From sequence record SRR2962707_1739: DNA of 64,000 nt; one strand, written 5' to 3'. Positions 1 through 10,597 of the stretch are shown here, piece by piece. How positions within the stretch are numbered: position 1 is the first letter of the stretch; the number at the start of each line of letters is the position of its first letter. The notes under the pieces are model-generated. The model searched no databases. It had not been told where the DNA came from and saw nothing but the letters and a program-made list of their open reading frames with translations. Position numbers and translations under genes: made by a program.

Positions 1-381
1 CACATCTCTTGATGTTTAAGGGCTCTGACCAGTTGCAACCGTGTCGCTCATCAACACTAAGGCAGTGCAGTAGGGGGTAGGTGATTGAGATAGCAGCACG
101 TAGCTCTATTTTATATTAGCAGCCAATTTCTTCTGTATTTAGCAAGGCGAGTCTTGCGTTATACGCTAAGCTTTAGGTTCATTGAAGGCTAATTCATTCG
201 CTCGAAAGCGTTGCTATAGGCACTGAAAGAGGTGCTGGGTTTGTGTTGTGAATATTTGTATCTTTCGAAAAATATTGCTTCCCTAGCATCAGCTTATTAA
301 CTATTCTCGCGCACGTGTTATAAGCCTATTTTTATAAGAAGACTTTCGTTCAAAGCTTCTTTTTTTGTTCAAGGAACACCC

Positions 382-1287
382 ATGAAAATTGCTATTCTAT
401 CTCGTAATCCCAACCTTTATTCTACTCGACGTCTTGTTGAGGCGGGTGAAAAACTCGGTCACGAGGTGGATGTGATCGATACCATGCACTGTTATATGGA
501 TATCTCCAGTAACAATCCATCGGTTCGCTATGACGGTAAGCCTTTGCCTAAGTACGATGCCGTTATTCCTCGTATCGGCGCGTCGGTTACATTTTACGGT
601 ACCGCGGTCGTGCGCCAATTTGAGATGATGGGGACTTATAGTATCAATGAGTCTGTTGCCATTAGTCGTTCCCGCGACAAACTGCGCTCTTTGCAGCTAA
701 TGTCTCGTAAGGGCTTGGGTTTGCCGAAGACAGGCTTTGCTCATCACCCAGATAAAATTGGTGACTTGCTTAAGAACGTTGGGGGCGCGCCAGTTGTGAT
801 TAAGCTTCTAGAAGGGACGCAGGGTATTGGTGTGGTATTGGCAGAGTCGAATAAAACTGCGGAGTCGATTATTGAAGCTTTCATGGGGCTAAAGGCTAAT
901 ATTTTGGTGCAAGAATACATCAAGGAAGCCGGTGGTGCCGATATTCGCTGTTTGGTTGTTGGTGGTAAGGTTATTGCCGCTATGAAGCGTCAGGGCGCTG
1001 AAGGCGAATTTCGATCAAACCTTCATCGTGGTGGCACTGCGTCTTTGGTAAAACTTTCCCCAGAAGAGCGTAGGACCGCTGTTGAGGCCGCTAAAGTGAT
1101 GGGGTTGAATATGTGTGGCGTTGATATTCTTCGCTCTAATGACGGCCCATTGATTATGGAGGTGAACTCATCTCCAGGCCTTGAGGGCATAGAGTCAGCG
1201 ACCAACAAAGATGTGGCGGCTATGATCATCAATCACATTGAGAAGTCTGCAATTAGCGGCAATACTAAAACCAAAGGTAGAGGTTAA
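382..1287 (+). CDS. rimK: RimK ATP-grasp alpha-L-glutamate ligase
   Basis: [54 protein letters not shown] aagga upstream. Confidence 0.96.
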   Translation: MKIAILSRNPNLYSTRRLVEAGEKLGHEVDVIDTMHCYMDISSNNPSVRYDGKPLPKYDAVIPRIGASVTFYGTAVVRQFEMMGTYSINESVAISRSRDKLRSLQLMSRKGLGLPKTGFAHHPDKIGDLLKNVGGAPVVIKLLEGTQGIGVVLAESNKTAESIIEAFMGLKANILVQEYIKEAGGADIRCLVVGGKVIAAMKRQGAEGEFRSNLHRGGTASLVKLSPEERRTAVEAAKVMGLNMCGVDILRSNDGPLIMEVNSSPGLEGIESATNKDVAAMIINHIEKSAISGNTKTKGRG

Positions 1288-2315
1288 TGAACGACGCTAT
1301 TTTAACCATCGACGGCATTTCTATTGCACCGGGTGAAACCGCTAAAATTAAATTGCCGATCGTTAAACTATATACTGATACGAACATGTCGATGCCAGTG
1401 TTTGTAAAAAGAGGAAAGCGTTCTGGTCCAACGATCTTTATTAGTGCTGCGATTCATGGTGATGAATTAAATGGAATTGAAATCATTAGCCGATTAATTC
1501 AAAGTAAATATATGGATCGGATTAGAGGGACTTTTATTGCTGTTCCTGTGGTAAATGGTTATGGCGTATTAAATCAAAGTCGTTATTTGCCGGATAGACG
1601 AGATTTAAATCGCTCTTTTCCAGGATCAAAGCGAGGTTCTTTAGCCGGTAGAGTAGCCGATCGCTTTTTGAGTGAAATAGTATCAAAGGCGGATTACGGA
1701 ATAGATTTACACACTGGAAGTTTACATCGTAGTAATCTACCTCAAATACGCGCGAATTTAGATGACCAAGAGACGTTGGATATCGCTACTGCGTTTGGTG
1801 TTCCTGTGATTTTAAACTCAAACCTTAGGGATGGCTCATTAAGAGAATGCGCTAATGACGTGGGTGCTAAAGTCATTTTATATGAGGCAGGTGAAGCACT
1901 TAGGTTTGATGAGCTGTCGATACGTGCTGGCGTTAAAGGCATAGTTGGGGTCATGCGCCACCTGGGTATGTTGCCTAAAGCTCGTAGTAAAAAATCTCTT
2001 TCTGAACCCAGAATTGCTCGTAGTAGCAGCTGGGTTAGAGCCACCGACAGTGGTTTTACGACTCATATCAAAGAGCTTGGTGATTTGGTTGAAAGTGGGG
2101 ATCTTTTGGCTCAAATTAAAGACCCTTATGGGGAAGTATTGGATGATGTTGTTTGCAAAAATGGCGGTATTATTATTGGTAAGCAAAACATCCCATTAGT
2201 ACAGGAAGGCGATGCCATGTACCACATCGCACACTTCTCTTCACCGGATGAGGTCGCAGAGCATGTGGAAACAATGCAAGATGAGCTAATGGAAAATTAT
2301 CGAGATCCGAATTGA
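1287..2315 (+). CDS. Succinylglutamate desuccinylase/aspartoacylase (M14 ASTE/ASPA) family metallopeptidase
   Basis: IHGDELNG, RDLNRSFPG, IDLHTG, LYEAGE motifs; start overlaps rimK stop (TAATG). Confidence 0.9.
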   Translation: MNDAILTIDGISIAPGETAKIKLPIVKLYTDTNMSMPVFVKRGKRSGPTIFISAAIHGDELNGIEIISRLIQSKYMDRIRGTFIAVPVVNGYGVLNQSRYLPDRRDLNRSFPGSKRGSLAGRVADRFLSEIVSKADYGIDLHTGSLHRSNLPQIRANLDDQETLDIATAFGVPVILNSNLRDGSLRECANDVGAKVILYEAGEALRFDELSIRAGVKGIVGVMRHLGMLPKARSKKSLSEPRIARSSSWVRATDSGFTTHIKELGDLVESGDLLAQIKDPYGEVLDDVVCKNGGIIIGKQNIPLVQEGDAMYHIAHFSSPDEVAEHVETMQDELMENYRDPN

Positions 2316-2461
2316 AATAATTCTTTTTATTATCTCAATTCAAGGGGTAGTGTTATTAAACTCTAATGAATAAGGGAATATTTTAGTAATTCATCTGGAT
2401 GCATCGTCTTTATCGTTGTTTTTGGTTATTATCCTGCGAAATTAATGCAGCAGGCTTTTTT

Positions 2462-3076
2462 ATGTTTTTAGTGCGCGCTTTTATATATCTAATTTCCTTG
2501 GCTGGAGTGGGCTACCTCATTGGTCTAGAGGGATATAAGTTTAAAACATTGGCCGCTTATAGCGAGCATACCTTGACTGAGCATATGCAAGATGTGATGA
2601 CGTTTTTAAGCTGTATGCTCTTTCTATACGCATCTCGTATTGATCCTAAGCTAAAAATAGCAGGGACTTTATTGGCGGCCTTATTGGCGATGATGTTTGT
2701 TCGAGAGTCAGATGCTCTGTTAGATCGATATGTCTATGACGGTGCTTGGCAAACGATTGTTTGTTTTATTTTAGTGTCCGTGTTCATCTTTCTGTGGGGC
2801 AAATTCTCTACAATTTACGCTTCTTTAAAGGCCTACTCGGAGACGGCGTGTTACGGAACTTGTTTGTCCGGTGTTGTTATTGTATTGGCTTTTTCGAGAA
2901 TGATGGGGCGCAATTCATTCTGGACATCCGTAATGGGTGATCACTACATGCGAGTCGTGAAAGACATCGTTGAAGAAGGCACAGAAACGCTTGGTTATAC
3001 TTTGATTCTGATTTCTGCGATTGAACTTGTTTTAATTTGTAGAAGAAATCGAGCACGAGCCCTTGCTGCTAAATAA
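2462..3076 (+). CDS. Hypothetical multi-pass membrane protein
   Basis: Several hydrophobic segments; likely ATG at 2462 (track ORF begins 2399); followed by a terminator. Confidence 0.7.
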   Translation: MFLVRAFIYLISLAGVGYLIGLEGYKFKTLAAYSEHTLTEHMQDVMTFLSCMLFLYASRIDPKLKIAGTLLAALLAMMFVRESDALLDRYVYDGAWQTIVCFILVSVFIFLWGKFSTIYASLKAYSETACYGTCLSGVVIVLAFSRMMGRNSFWTSVMGDHYMRVVKDIVEEGTETLGYTLILISAIELVLICRRNRARALAAK

Positions 3077-3120
3077 ATGTCTGTGGGCTTGTATAGACTG
3101 ACAATTTAAACGTTATTAAT

Positions 3121-3152
3121 AACGCCTGATGATATTCATCAGGCGTTTTTTT
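3121..3152 (+). terminator. Intrinsic terminator
   Basis: aacgcctgatga-tat-tcatcaggcgtt followed by a T run. Confidence 0.85.
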
Positions 3153-3357
3153 GTTTCAGCGACTGCCGTTAAAGCGACGGCTAATATACGATTCTGCATC
3201 CGAACTTCTTTTTGTGGGAGTGTCTCACACGGATTAATATGAGTAGTGCTTGGTTAGAGTATATAAAGAGGGGCAGTGTTGTCATCTTATTAGGCCACGA
3301 AGGTTCTGTTATTTTATATAGGCAACAAAGTAACGGCCTAAGGTTCGCTTTTAGGTT

Positions 3358-3383
3358 AAAAAAAAGCCCTGCAAAGCAGGGCT
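3358..3383 (-). terminator. Intrinsic terminator of ppsA
   Basis: agccctgc-aaa-gcagggct preceded by an A run on +. Confidence 0.8.
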
Positions 3384-3426
3384 ATAAAACTAGAGAGTGA
3401 CGTTACAATAACGTTACTTGCCGTGA

Positions 3427-5823
3427 CTAAACGGCATTCTGACTCAATGCAGTATTCTCTAATACTTCATTAAGATGCAGCCAGGTTTCAATGACGGTAT
3501 CAGGATTAAGGGAAACGCTCTCAATCCCTTGCTCAACAAGCCAGTCAGCAAAATCCGCATGGTCTGATGGGCCTTGGCCACAAATCCCTACGTATTTGCC
3601 TTTTTCTCGACAAGCGGATATCGCCATTTTTAGCAGTTTTTTCACTGCTGGATTTCGTTCATCAAATTTATCCGCGATGAGACCAGAATCTCGGTCTAGA
3701 CCCAATGTTAGCTGGGTTAAATCGTTGGAGCCAATTGAGAAACCATCGAAGAATTCCAAGAACTCATCGGCCAATAAGGCATTAGAAGGTAGTTCACACA
3801 TCATAATGACTTTAAGGCCATTCTTGCCGCGCTCTAGGCCTTGTTCTGCGAGTAACTCTGTTACCTGCTGAGCTTCTTCTAGGGTACGAACAAAAGGAAT
3901 CATAATTTGTACGTTGGTTAATCCCATATCGTTACGTACTCGACGGATTGCTTCACATTCCAAAGCAAAACAGTCGCGGAATGAGTCGTCAATGTAGCGC
4001 GCTGCGCCACGGAACCCAAGCATTGGATTTTCTTCATCTGGTTCGAATAAAGGGCCACCAACTAAATTGTGGTATTCGTTAGATTTAAAGTCCGACAGAC
4101 GAACAATGACTGGTTTTTGAGAGAAAGAGCAGGCAAGAGTCGCCACCCCTTCAACCAGTTTATCAACGTAAAATTCAACTGGACCTTGGTAGCCTGCAAT
4201 GCGGTGATCAATCTCTTCTTTTATCGATGCCGTCATGTCTGCGTAATTCAACAAGGCTTTCGGGTGAATACCAATCATGCGGTTAATGATGAACTCTAAG
4301 CGAGCTAAGCCAATGCCTGCATTAGGCAGCATCGCGAAGTCGAAAGCGCGGTTAGGGTTACCAACATTCATCATTACTTTTACAGGAAGGTCTGGCATGT
4401 TGCCGACTTCAGATGTGATAACTTCAAAGTTCAGTTCGTCTTGGTAGACAAATCCCATGTCACCTTGTGCACACGATACGGTGACTTTCTGGCCATCTTT
4501 AAGTACGTCTGTCGCATCACCACAGCCAACCACAGCAGGAATGCCTAATTCACGCGCAATGATAGCGGCGTGGCAAGTACGACCACCACGATTGGTGACA
4601 ATCGCAGAGGCTCGTTTCATGATAGGCTCCCAATCTGGGTCAGTAATGTCCGTGACTAATATATCGCCAGGTTGGATACGATCCATTTCAGTAATAGAAG
4701 AGAGTACTTTGACTTCGCCACTGCCAATTTTATGGCCGATAGCACGTCCAGTGATCAGCACAGGAGAGGTTTCTTTCAGTGAGAAACGTTCCATACTTTG
4801 AGCATTTGCTTGACTGCGTACGGTTTCTGGTCGTGCTTGTACAATGTAGATTTTTCCATCGATGCCGTCTTTTGCCCACTCGATGTCCATTGGGCGCTCG
4901 TAATGTTGCTCAATGATGCATGCTTGACGAGCCAGGTCTTCGATTTCTTCGTTGCTTAATGCGAAGCGGTTTTGATCGTCTAGGGCAACAGGCACGATAT
5001 TGACGAATTCATCACTGCCGGCTTCGGCGTATTCCATTTTTTGGGCTTTAGAGCCTAATGACTTACGTACCACGGCTGGTCGCTTAGCCGCCAGTGTGGA
5101 TTTGTGAACATAGTATTCATCAGGGTTTACTGTGCCTTGGACCACCATTTCGCCCAGACCGTATGCCGCGGTAATAAAGACAACTTCATCGAAGCCAGAT
5201 TCTGTGTCTAACGTGAATAACACCCCGGACGCGCCTATATCACTGCGTACCATTTTTTGAATGCCGGCAGACAAGGCCACGCCTTTATGTTCAAACCCTT
5301 GGTGTACACGGTAGGAGATGGCTCGGTCGTTATATAAAGAAGCAAACACGCGTTTAATAGAGGCTTTAATGTCTGCTAAGCCTTTCACGTTCAGGTAAGT
5401 TTCTTGTTGTCCTGCAAAAGAGGCGTCAGGTAGGTCTTCAGCCGTTGCAGAAGAGCGCACTGCGAAAGAGGTATCGTCAGCATTGTCGTCACACAATACT
5501 TTAAATGCCTGTTCGATTTCAGCGTCAAACTCTGCTGAGAAAGGTGTTTCCTCTACCCATTGGCGGATTTTCACACCCGCTTCTGCTAGAGCATGAACGT
5601 CATCAATGTCTAGGCTATCTAGTATTTGGTGAATCTTAGCGTCTAATCCACTTTCTTCTAGAAAGCTTTGGTAAGCATAAGATGTGGTGGCAAAGCCGTT
5701 TGGCACTTGAATGCCAAGGTCTGTCAAATTAGAGATCATTTCTCCTAATGAGGCGTTTTTACCGCCGACATCAGCGACGTCTTCCAAGCGAAGATCTTTG
5801 AACCACTTAATAAAATTGCTCAC
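3427..5823 (-). CDS. ppsA: Phosphoenolpyruvate synthase
   Basis: [36 protein letters not shown] (phospho-His), [13 protein letters not shown] start. Confidence 0.97.
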   Translation of the reverse strand: MSNFIKWFKDLRLEDVADVGGKNASLGEMISNLTDLGIQVPNGFATTSYAYQSFLEESGLDAKIHQILDSLDIDDVHALAEAGVKIRQWVEETPFSAEFDAEIEQAFKVLCDDNADDTSFAVRSSATAEDLPDASFAGQQETYLNVKGLADIKASIKRVFASLYNDRAISYRVHQGFEHKGVALSAGIQKMVRSDIGASGVLFTLDTESGFDEVVFITAAYGLGEMVVQGTVNPDEYYVHKSTLAAKRPAVVRKSLGSKAQKMEYAEAGSDEFVNIVPVALDDQNRFALSNEEIEDLARQACIIEQHYERPMDIEWAKDGIDGKIYIVQARPETVRSQANAQSMERFSLKETSPVLITGRAIGHKIGSGEVKVLSSITEMDRIQPGDILVTDITDPDWEPIMKRASAIVTNRGGRTCHAAIIARELGIPAVVGCGDATDVLKDGQKVTVSCAQGDMGFVYQDELNFEVITSEVGNMPDLPVKVMMNVGNPNRAFDFAMLPNAGIGLARLEFIINRMIGIHPKALLNYADMTASIKEEIDHRIAGYQGPVEFYVDKLVEGVATLACSFSQKPVIVRLSDFKSNEYHNLVGGPLFEPDEENPMLGFRGAARYIDDSFRDCFALECEAIRRVRNDMGLTNVQIMIPFVRTLEEAQQVTELLAEQGLERGKNGLKVIMMCELPSNALLADEFLEFFDGFSIGSNDLTQLTLGLDRDSGLIADKFDERNPAVKKLLKMAISACREKGKYVGICGQGPSDHADFADWLVEQGIESVSLNPDTVIETWLHLNEVLENTALSQNAV

Positions 5824-5996
5824 ACGGGACTCCCAAATAGTTACCTGATGTTCTTCTTTGTTATAACGACTTCTGGACTTAAGTTAAGTCTGCGAAGACT
5901 TGTCAAAGCAGTGTGTCTGGGGTCATTGTATGTAGCGCAGGGACATGGAATAAAATCGATTATTCGATGTAGTTTTATTTCAATTGAAAAATTAAA

Positions 5997-6014
5997 TGTT
6001 GTTACATAACAACA
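5997..6014. promoter_or_regulatory. Putative HexR operator between divergent ppsA and ppsR
   Basis: TGTTGT-tacata-ACAACA palindrome resembles the HexR consensus; HexR is a known ppsA regulator in gammaproteobacteria. Confidence 0.55.
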
Positions 6015-6027
6015 AAATGAGAAAAAA

Positions 6028-6834
6028 ATGATGAAAGTGTATTTTGTTTCAGATGGTACAGCGATCACGGCTGAGGTATTTGGTTCCGCTATGTTGTCAT
6101 TTTTTGATGTGGCGGTTGAAACCCAAAGCGTGCCGTTTTTAACGACAATGGATCAGGCAAATGGGTTAAAACAACAGATTAATTTAGATGTGAAATCAGG
6201 TGAGCCTCCGTTGGTTTTCTACACCATCTCGGACATTGCGATTCGCGATGTGATTCAGTCATGCGATTGCCATTGCTATAACCTATTTGGAGATCTCTTG
6301 TTACCCATTGAAAAGGCTTTAGGTGTGCCAGCGCAACCAACGGCTCAAAAGGCACATGGTATGAAAGAGGGGGTCTATGATGGACGAATAGACGCCATTA
6401 ACTATGCATTGGCGAATGATGATGGCGTATCTATCAAAAATTTCGATCAGGCAGATATCATTCTATTGGGGGTTTCACGGTCCGGTAAAACGCCGACCAG
6501 TTTGTATTTAGCCATGCAATACGGCATTAAGGCAGCAAATTACCCGATTACAGAAGATGACTTTGCTTCCCCAGGCTTACCTAAAGCGCTAAAAGCACAT
6601 AAGAAAAAACTCTTCGGTTTGACCATTGATCCTGATAGGTTACACGAGATTCGCACGGGGAGAATGGCGGCCAGCAAGTACGCCTCGCCTCGACAATGCC
6701 GCTACGAGTTAGAGGAAGTGGAGTCATTATATCGCCAAGAGCGGATTCCTTTTTTGAATTCCACAAAACTCTCTGTGGAAGAAATTTCCACCAAAGTGAT
6801 GGCAGAGATGCATTTGGTTCGTCATAGACAGTAG
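6028..6834 (+). CDS. ppsR: PEP synthase regulatory kinase/pyrophosphorylase (DUF299)
   Basis: VSDGTAITAE, GVSRSGKTPTSLYLA; divergent from ppsA. Confidence 0.95.
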   Translation: MMKVYFVSDGTAITAEVFGSAMLSFFDVAVETQSVPFLTTMDQANGLKQQINLDVKSGEPPLVFYTISDIAIRDVIQSCDCHCYNLFGDLLLPIEKALGVPAQPTAQKAHGMKEGVYDGRIDAINYALANDDGVSIKNFDQADIILLGVSRSGKTPTSLYLAMQYGIKAANYPITEDDFASPGLPKALKAHKKKLFGLTIDPDRLHEIRTGRMAASKYASPRQCRYELEEVESLYRQERIPFLNSTKLSVEEISTKVMAEMHLVRHRQ

Positions 6835-7218
6835 ATTTTCAAAGAAAACCTATCGAATTATTTGATGTGTTTGCTGTTTCTGCTCGAAATATGATCAAAA
6901 AGTTATAAAAAAAACGAAAATCAGTCAAAAAAGTTTCATGTTCATTTGCTATAAGCGGTCTGTGGGAGCTTCTATCCTCTGTTTTGTTGTGGAATTACAA
7001 AAGACAGCAGCGTGGTGAAGGCTTGTTTGTATGACGGGTCGCTTTCAGCTAAAGAGTATTGAGTGATAATGCTCTATAATGACAACAAATTAGACCCGTC
7101 AGCGTTTTGCTTCATACAAATAGGGCGAGACGTCGAAAATGTTCTGAACAATAAGCTGTTAAAGCTCGACCATTTCTACAGAGTGCAGCTTATTGCATCA
7201 TCCAAGGATAAATATACA

Positions 7219-9789
7219 TTGAGTAATAAAAATATAAACGATCCCCATAAACAACGAGAAGCTTCTAAGTACGATAATCCCGTACCAAGCCGTGAATTCA
7301 TATTGGAGTTCCTTGCGTCTAAGAATGTTAGCTTAGGCCATTTAGCGCTATGCAAAGAGTTCGCTTTGACTGGCGAAGATGAAATAGAAGCGTTACGACG
7401 CCGTTTGATCGCCATGTGCCGTGATCATCAACTAACGAGCAACCAAGAAGAACAATACACCCCTATTTTAGAAAGTGACCTGATTGAAGGTTTTGTCCAA
7501 GGCAATAAAGAAGGCCATGGCTTTTTGTTGCGCCAAAGTGACGACGATATCTTCCTCTCTGCGCGTCAAATGCAAAATGTTATGGATGGCGATAAAGTGA
7601 AAGCTCGCCTATCTGGACGCAGTGTGAAAGGCCGTTTAGACGGAGTAGTGGTAGAGGTTATTGAGCGTAAGCACAGCCAGTTAGTTGGTCGTTATTACGA
7701 AGAAAGCCGCACTTCTTTTGTGACACCTGAAAATCCACGTATTTCTCAAGACATCTTGATTAGCAAAGATTCCGCATTAACACCGACTCATGGTCAATAC
7801 GTATTAACAGAAATTGTTTCGTATGCCGAGCGCGGCAAGCCAGCAAGAGGGGTTATTAAGAAAATTCTTGGTGACTTCATGGCGCCAGGTCTTGAGATTG
7901 ATGTGGCTATTCATCGCTATGAAATCCCCAACGAATGGCCGCAAGCGGTTGAAAAACAAGTTCAAAACTTCACCTCCGAAGTCGCTGAAGAAGACAAGCA
8001 ATATCGTGTGGATTTACGTGATACGCCGTTTGTAACTATTGATGGTGAAGACGCGCGCGACTTTGACGACGCTGTCTATTGTGAAAAAACCGCGGGCGGC
8101 TGGAAGTTATTTGTCGCCATTGCAGATGTGTCCCATTATGTGAAAAAAGACACGGCGCTTGATGAAGAAGCCATTGTTCGTGGTAACTCAGTGTATTTCC
8201 CAGGGCGCGTTGTGCCTATGCTGCCAGAAGTATTATCGAACGGATTGTGTTCATTAAACCCAGACGTTGACCGTTTGGCGATGGTGGCAGAAGTGTCTCT
8301 TACCAGCAAAGGTAAAATGAGAGGCTTTAAGTTTTATGAAGGCTTGATTCGATCTCACGCTCGCCTTACTTATACCAAGGTCGCGAAGATGATTGCGCCA
8401 GAGCCGGAAGAAGATGGCTTGGCATTACGTGACCGTTATGCGCCGATCGTGTCGCATATTGATGCGCTAAATGGTCTTTACCATGTATTAAAAGGCGCTC
8501 GTGATGAACGTGGTGCGATGGAATTTGATACCGTCGAAACGCGTATGGTATTTGATCAACATTCTAAGATCGATCAAATTGTTCCAGTAGAGCGCAACGA
8601 TGCGCACAAATTGATTGAAGAATGCATGTTGTGCGCCAACGTGGCGGCAGCAGAATTATTGATTAAGGCGGATTTACCTGCCTTATTCCGTGTCCACGAA
8701 GGGCCAAAAGAAGATCGCTTATTAACACTGCGTTCTTACCTTGGTTTGCTAGGTCTTGAACTGACCGGCGGATTGAAACCAACACCAAGTGATTACGCGG
8801 TGTTAGCAGAACAGATTAAAGACCGTGCCGACGCGCGTAGCATACAAGTGATGTTGTTGCGTTCTATGTCTCAAGCCGTGTACCAAGCGGATAATCTTGG
8901 TCACTTTGGCTTGAACTACGAAGCTTATACACACTTTACTTCGCCGATTCGTCGTTACCCAGATTTGTTAGTGCATCGTGCGATTCGTTATTTGATTCGA
9001 GGTGAAGGTCGTCCCGTGGTGCGTCAGGCGCACCGAGTGACCGGTAGCCCAACCTTGAAAGAGCGTAAAATTTACGGCTACGATCAAGCCGACATGGATG
9101 CTTTAGGGGATTCTTGTTCGATTACAGAACGTCGAGCAGATGAAGCGACTCGCGACGTAGAAGCTTGGTTGAAATGTCAGTACGTAGAGCAACATTTAGG
9201 CGAACCGTTCGATGGTGTTGTGACCGCAGTAACCTCGTTCGGCTTGTTTGTTGAGCTACAAGGGTTGTTCGTGGATGGTTTGATCCATATTTCTGGATTG
9301 GGACAAGATTATTTTGTTCATGATCTAGAGCATCAAGCGATTATTGGTGAAAGAAGTGGTCGAGTCTTCCGCTTGGGCGATCGCCTAAAAGTGAAAGTGG
9401 CCAATGTGAACTTGGAACAGCGAAAAATTGACTTGAGCTTGGATGAGACACAATCGCGTCCGCGTAAAAAAGTAGTGCGTAGTGAAACCAGTGAGCTTGA
9501 AATGCAATTGGCGCAACTGCCTCCTATTGAGTTGGGCGGCCGTGTGAAACCTAAAAAAGCAGCACCAAGTGCCACTCAAGGTGACAAAGTAGAAAAAGCC
9601 GGTAAAGACGCGAAAGAGGGAGAAAAACCTAAGGCAAAAAAACGCCGTGGGCCTTCTAAAGGCAAGATCATTCGTCAAAAGAAAAGCGCTCAAAGTGCGG
9701 CGAAAGCCAAACCGGCTTCTGCAGCTAAAAAAGCGAAGAAGCCCAAAAAAGCGAAAAAAAATAACGCTAAGCCTCGCGCTCGCGATTAA
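7219..9789 (+). CDS. rnr: Ribonuclease R
   Basis: TIDGEDARDFDDAV, YTHFTSPIRRYPDL, S1 domain, Lys/Ala-rich tail; probable TTG start at 7219 after aagga (track ORF starts 7063). Confidence 0.96.
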   Translation: MSNKNINDPHKQREASKYDNPVPSREFILEFLASKNVSLGHLALCKEFALTGEDEIEALRRRLIAMCRDHQLTSNQEEQYTPILESDLIEGFVQGNKEGHGFLLRQSDDDIFLSARQMQNVMDGDKVKARLSGRSVKGRLDGVVVEVIERKHSQLVGRYYEESRTSFVTPENPRISQDILISKDSALTPTHGQYVLTEIVSYAERGKPARGVIKKILGDFMAPGLEIDVAIHRYEIPNEWPQAVEKQVQNFTSEVAEEDKQYRVDLRDTPFVTIDGEDARDFDDAVYCEKTAGGWKLFVAIADVSHYVKKDTALDEEAIVRGNSVYFPGRVVPMLPEVLSNGLCSLNPDVDRLAMVAEVSLTSKGKMRGFKFYEGLIRSHARLTYTKVAKMIAPEPEEDGLALRDRYAPIVSHIDALNGLYHVLKGARDERGAMEFDTVETRMVFDQHSKIDQIVPVERNDAHKLIEECMLCANVAAAELLIKADLPALFRVHEGPKEDRLLTLRSYLGLLGLELTGGLKPTPSDYAVLAEQIKDRADARSIQVMLLRSMSQAVYQADNLGHFGLNYEAYTHFTSPIRRYPDLLVHRAIRYLIRGEGRPVVRQAHRVTGSPTLKERKIYGYDQADMDALGDSCSITERRADEATRDVEAWLKCQYVEQHLGEPFDGVVTAVTSFGLFVELQGLFVDGLIHISGLGQDYFVHDLEHQAIIGERSGRVFRLGDRLKVKVANVNLEQRKIDLSLDETQSRPRKKVVRSETSELEMQLAQLPPIELGGRVKPKKAAPSATQGDKVEKAGKDAKEGEKPKAKKRRGPSKGKIIRQKKSAQSAAKAKPASAAKKAKKPKKAKKNNAKPRARD

Positions 9790-9821
9790 TTGATTTATCC
9801 GATTAGAGTAAAAACGTCATA

Positions 9822-10589
9822 ATGTCAGATTTAGAATGGATTTACGGTATTCACGCCGTAGAAAATGCCTTATCACAGCAACCTGAACGCGTTAAAGAAG
9901 TGCGCTTTCAGGAAGGTCGTGATGACAAAAAAACACAGCGTCTAGTGCAGCTTTGCAAAACGAATAAAGTGCGTTATAGCCTAGTCGCGCGTCGTGAATT
10001 GGACCAGCTCTTTACTAAGAATAAAGAGCGCGCTGTTCACCAAGGTGTGGTGGCTTATACCACCATGACCAAAGCCGGTAACGAAGGTGATTTACATACC
10101 TTAGTGGAAGGGTTGGATGAAACACCGCTGATTATTATTTTGGATGGGGTGACTGACCCACATAATTTAGGTGCGTGTTTGCGCAGCGCAGACGCCGCTG
10201 GTGCCCATGCGGTCGTGATGCCAAAAGATAACTCAGCGCCATTGAATGCGACAGTGAGTAAAGTGGCGTGTGGTGCGGCTGAAAGCATCCCTGTTTACGC
10301 GGTAACGAACTTAGCGCGTACTATGAAGAAGCTACAAGACCAAGGCGTTTGGATATTTGGTACGGCTGGTGAAGCGACGCAAACGGTTTATGAGCAAGAT
10401 TTTACCATTCCGACGGCCATTGTAATGGGCGCTGAAGGTGAAGGTATGCGCCGTTTAACTCGTGAACAGTGCGACTATTTAGTGAAATTACCCATGTCAG
10501 GTGTGGTTTCAAGCTTAAATGTCTCGGTTGCGACCGGTGTTTGTTTGTATGAAGTAGTGCGTCAGCGCGCTCAAAAAGCACAGGGTTAA
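9822..10589 (+). CDS. rlmB: 23S rRNA Gm2251 2'-O-methyltransferase
   Basis: IYGIHAV, DPHNLGACLRSA, GAEGEGMR, SLNVSVA; follows rnr. Confidence 0.96.
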   Translation: MSDLEWIYGIHAVENALSQQPERVKEVRFQEGRDDKKTQRLVQLCKTNKVRYSLVARRELDQLFTKNKERAVHQGVVAYTTMTKAGNEGDLHTLVEGLDETPLIIILDGVTDPHNLGACLRSADAAGAHAVVMPKDNSAPLNATVSKVACGAAESIPVYAVTNLARTMKKLQDQGVWIFGTAGEATQTVYEQDFTIPTAIVMGAEGEGMRRLTREQCDYLVKLPMSGVVSSLNVSVATGVCLYEVVRQRAQKAQG

Positions 10590-10597
10590 GGAGTATC

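Noticed and set aside
41-54. 12-mer tgatgagcgaca shared between the window start (- strand) and about 45900 (+ strand)
   Set aside because: A single short match without flanking similarity is compatible with chance in 64 kb
7063-7218. 52-aa N-terminal extension of RNase R in the ORF track
   Set aside because: An RBS precedes TTG 7219, RNase R similarity begins there, and the upstream part looks like structured leader
9540-9789. Histone H1-like Lys/Ala tail
   Set aside because: Basic C-terminal tails are an established feature of gammaproteobacterial RNase R
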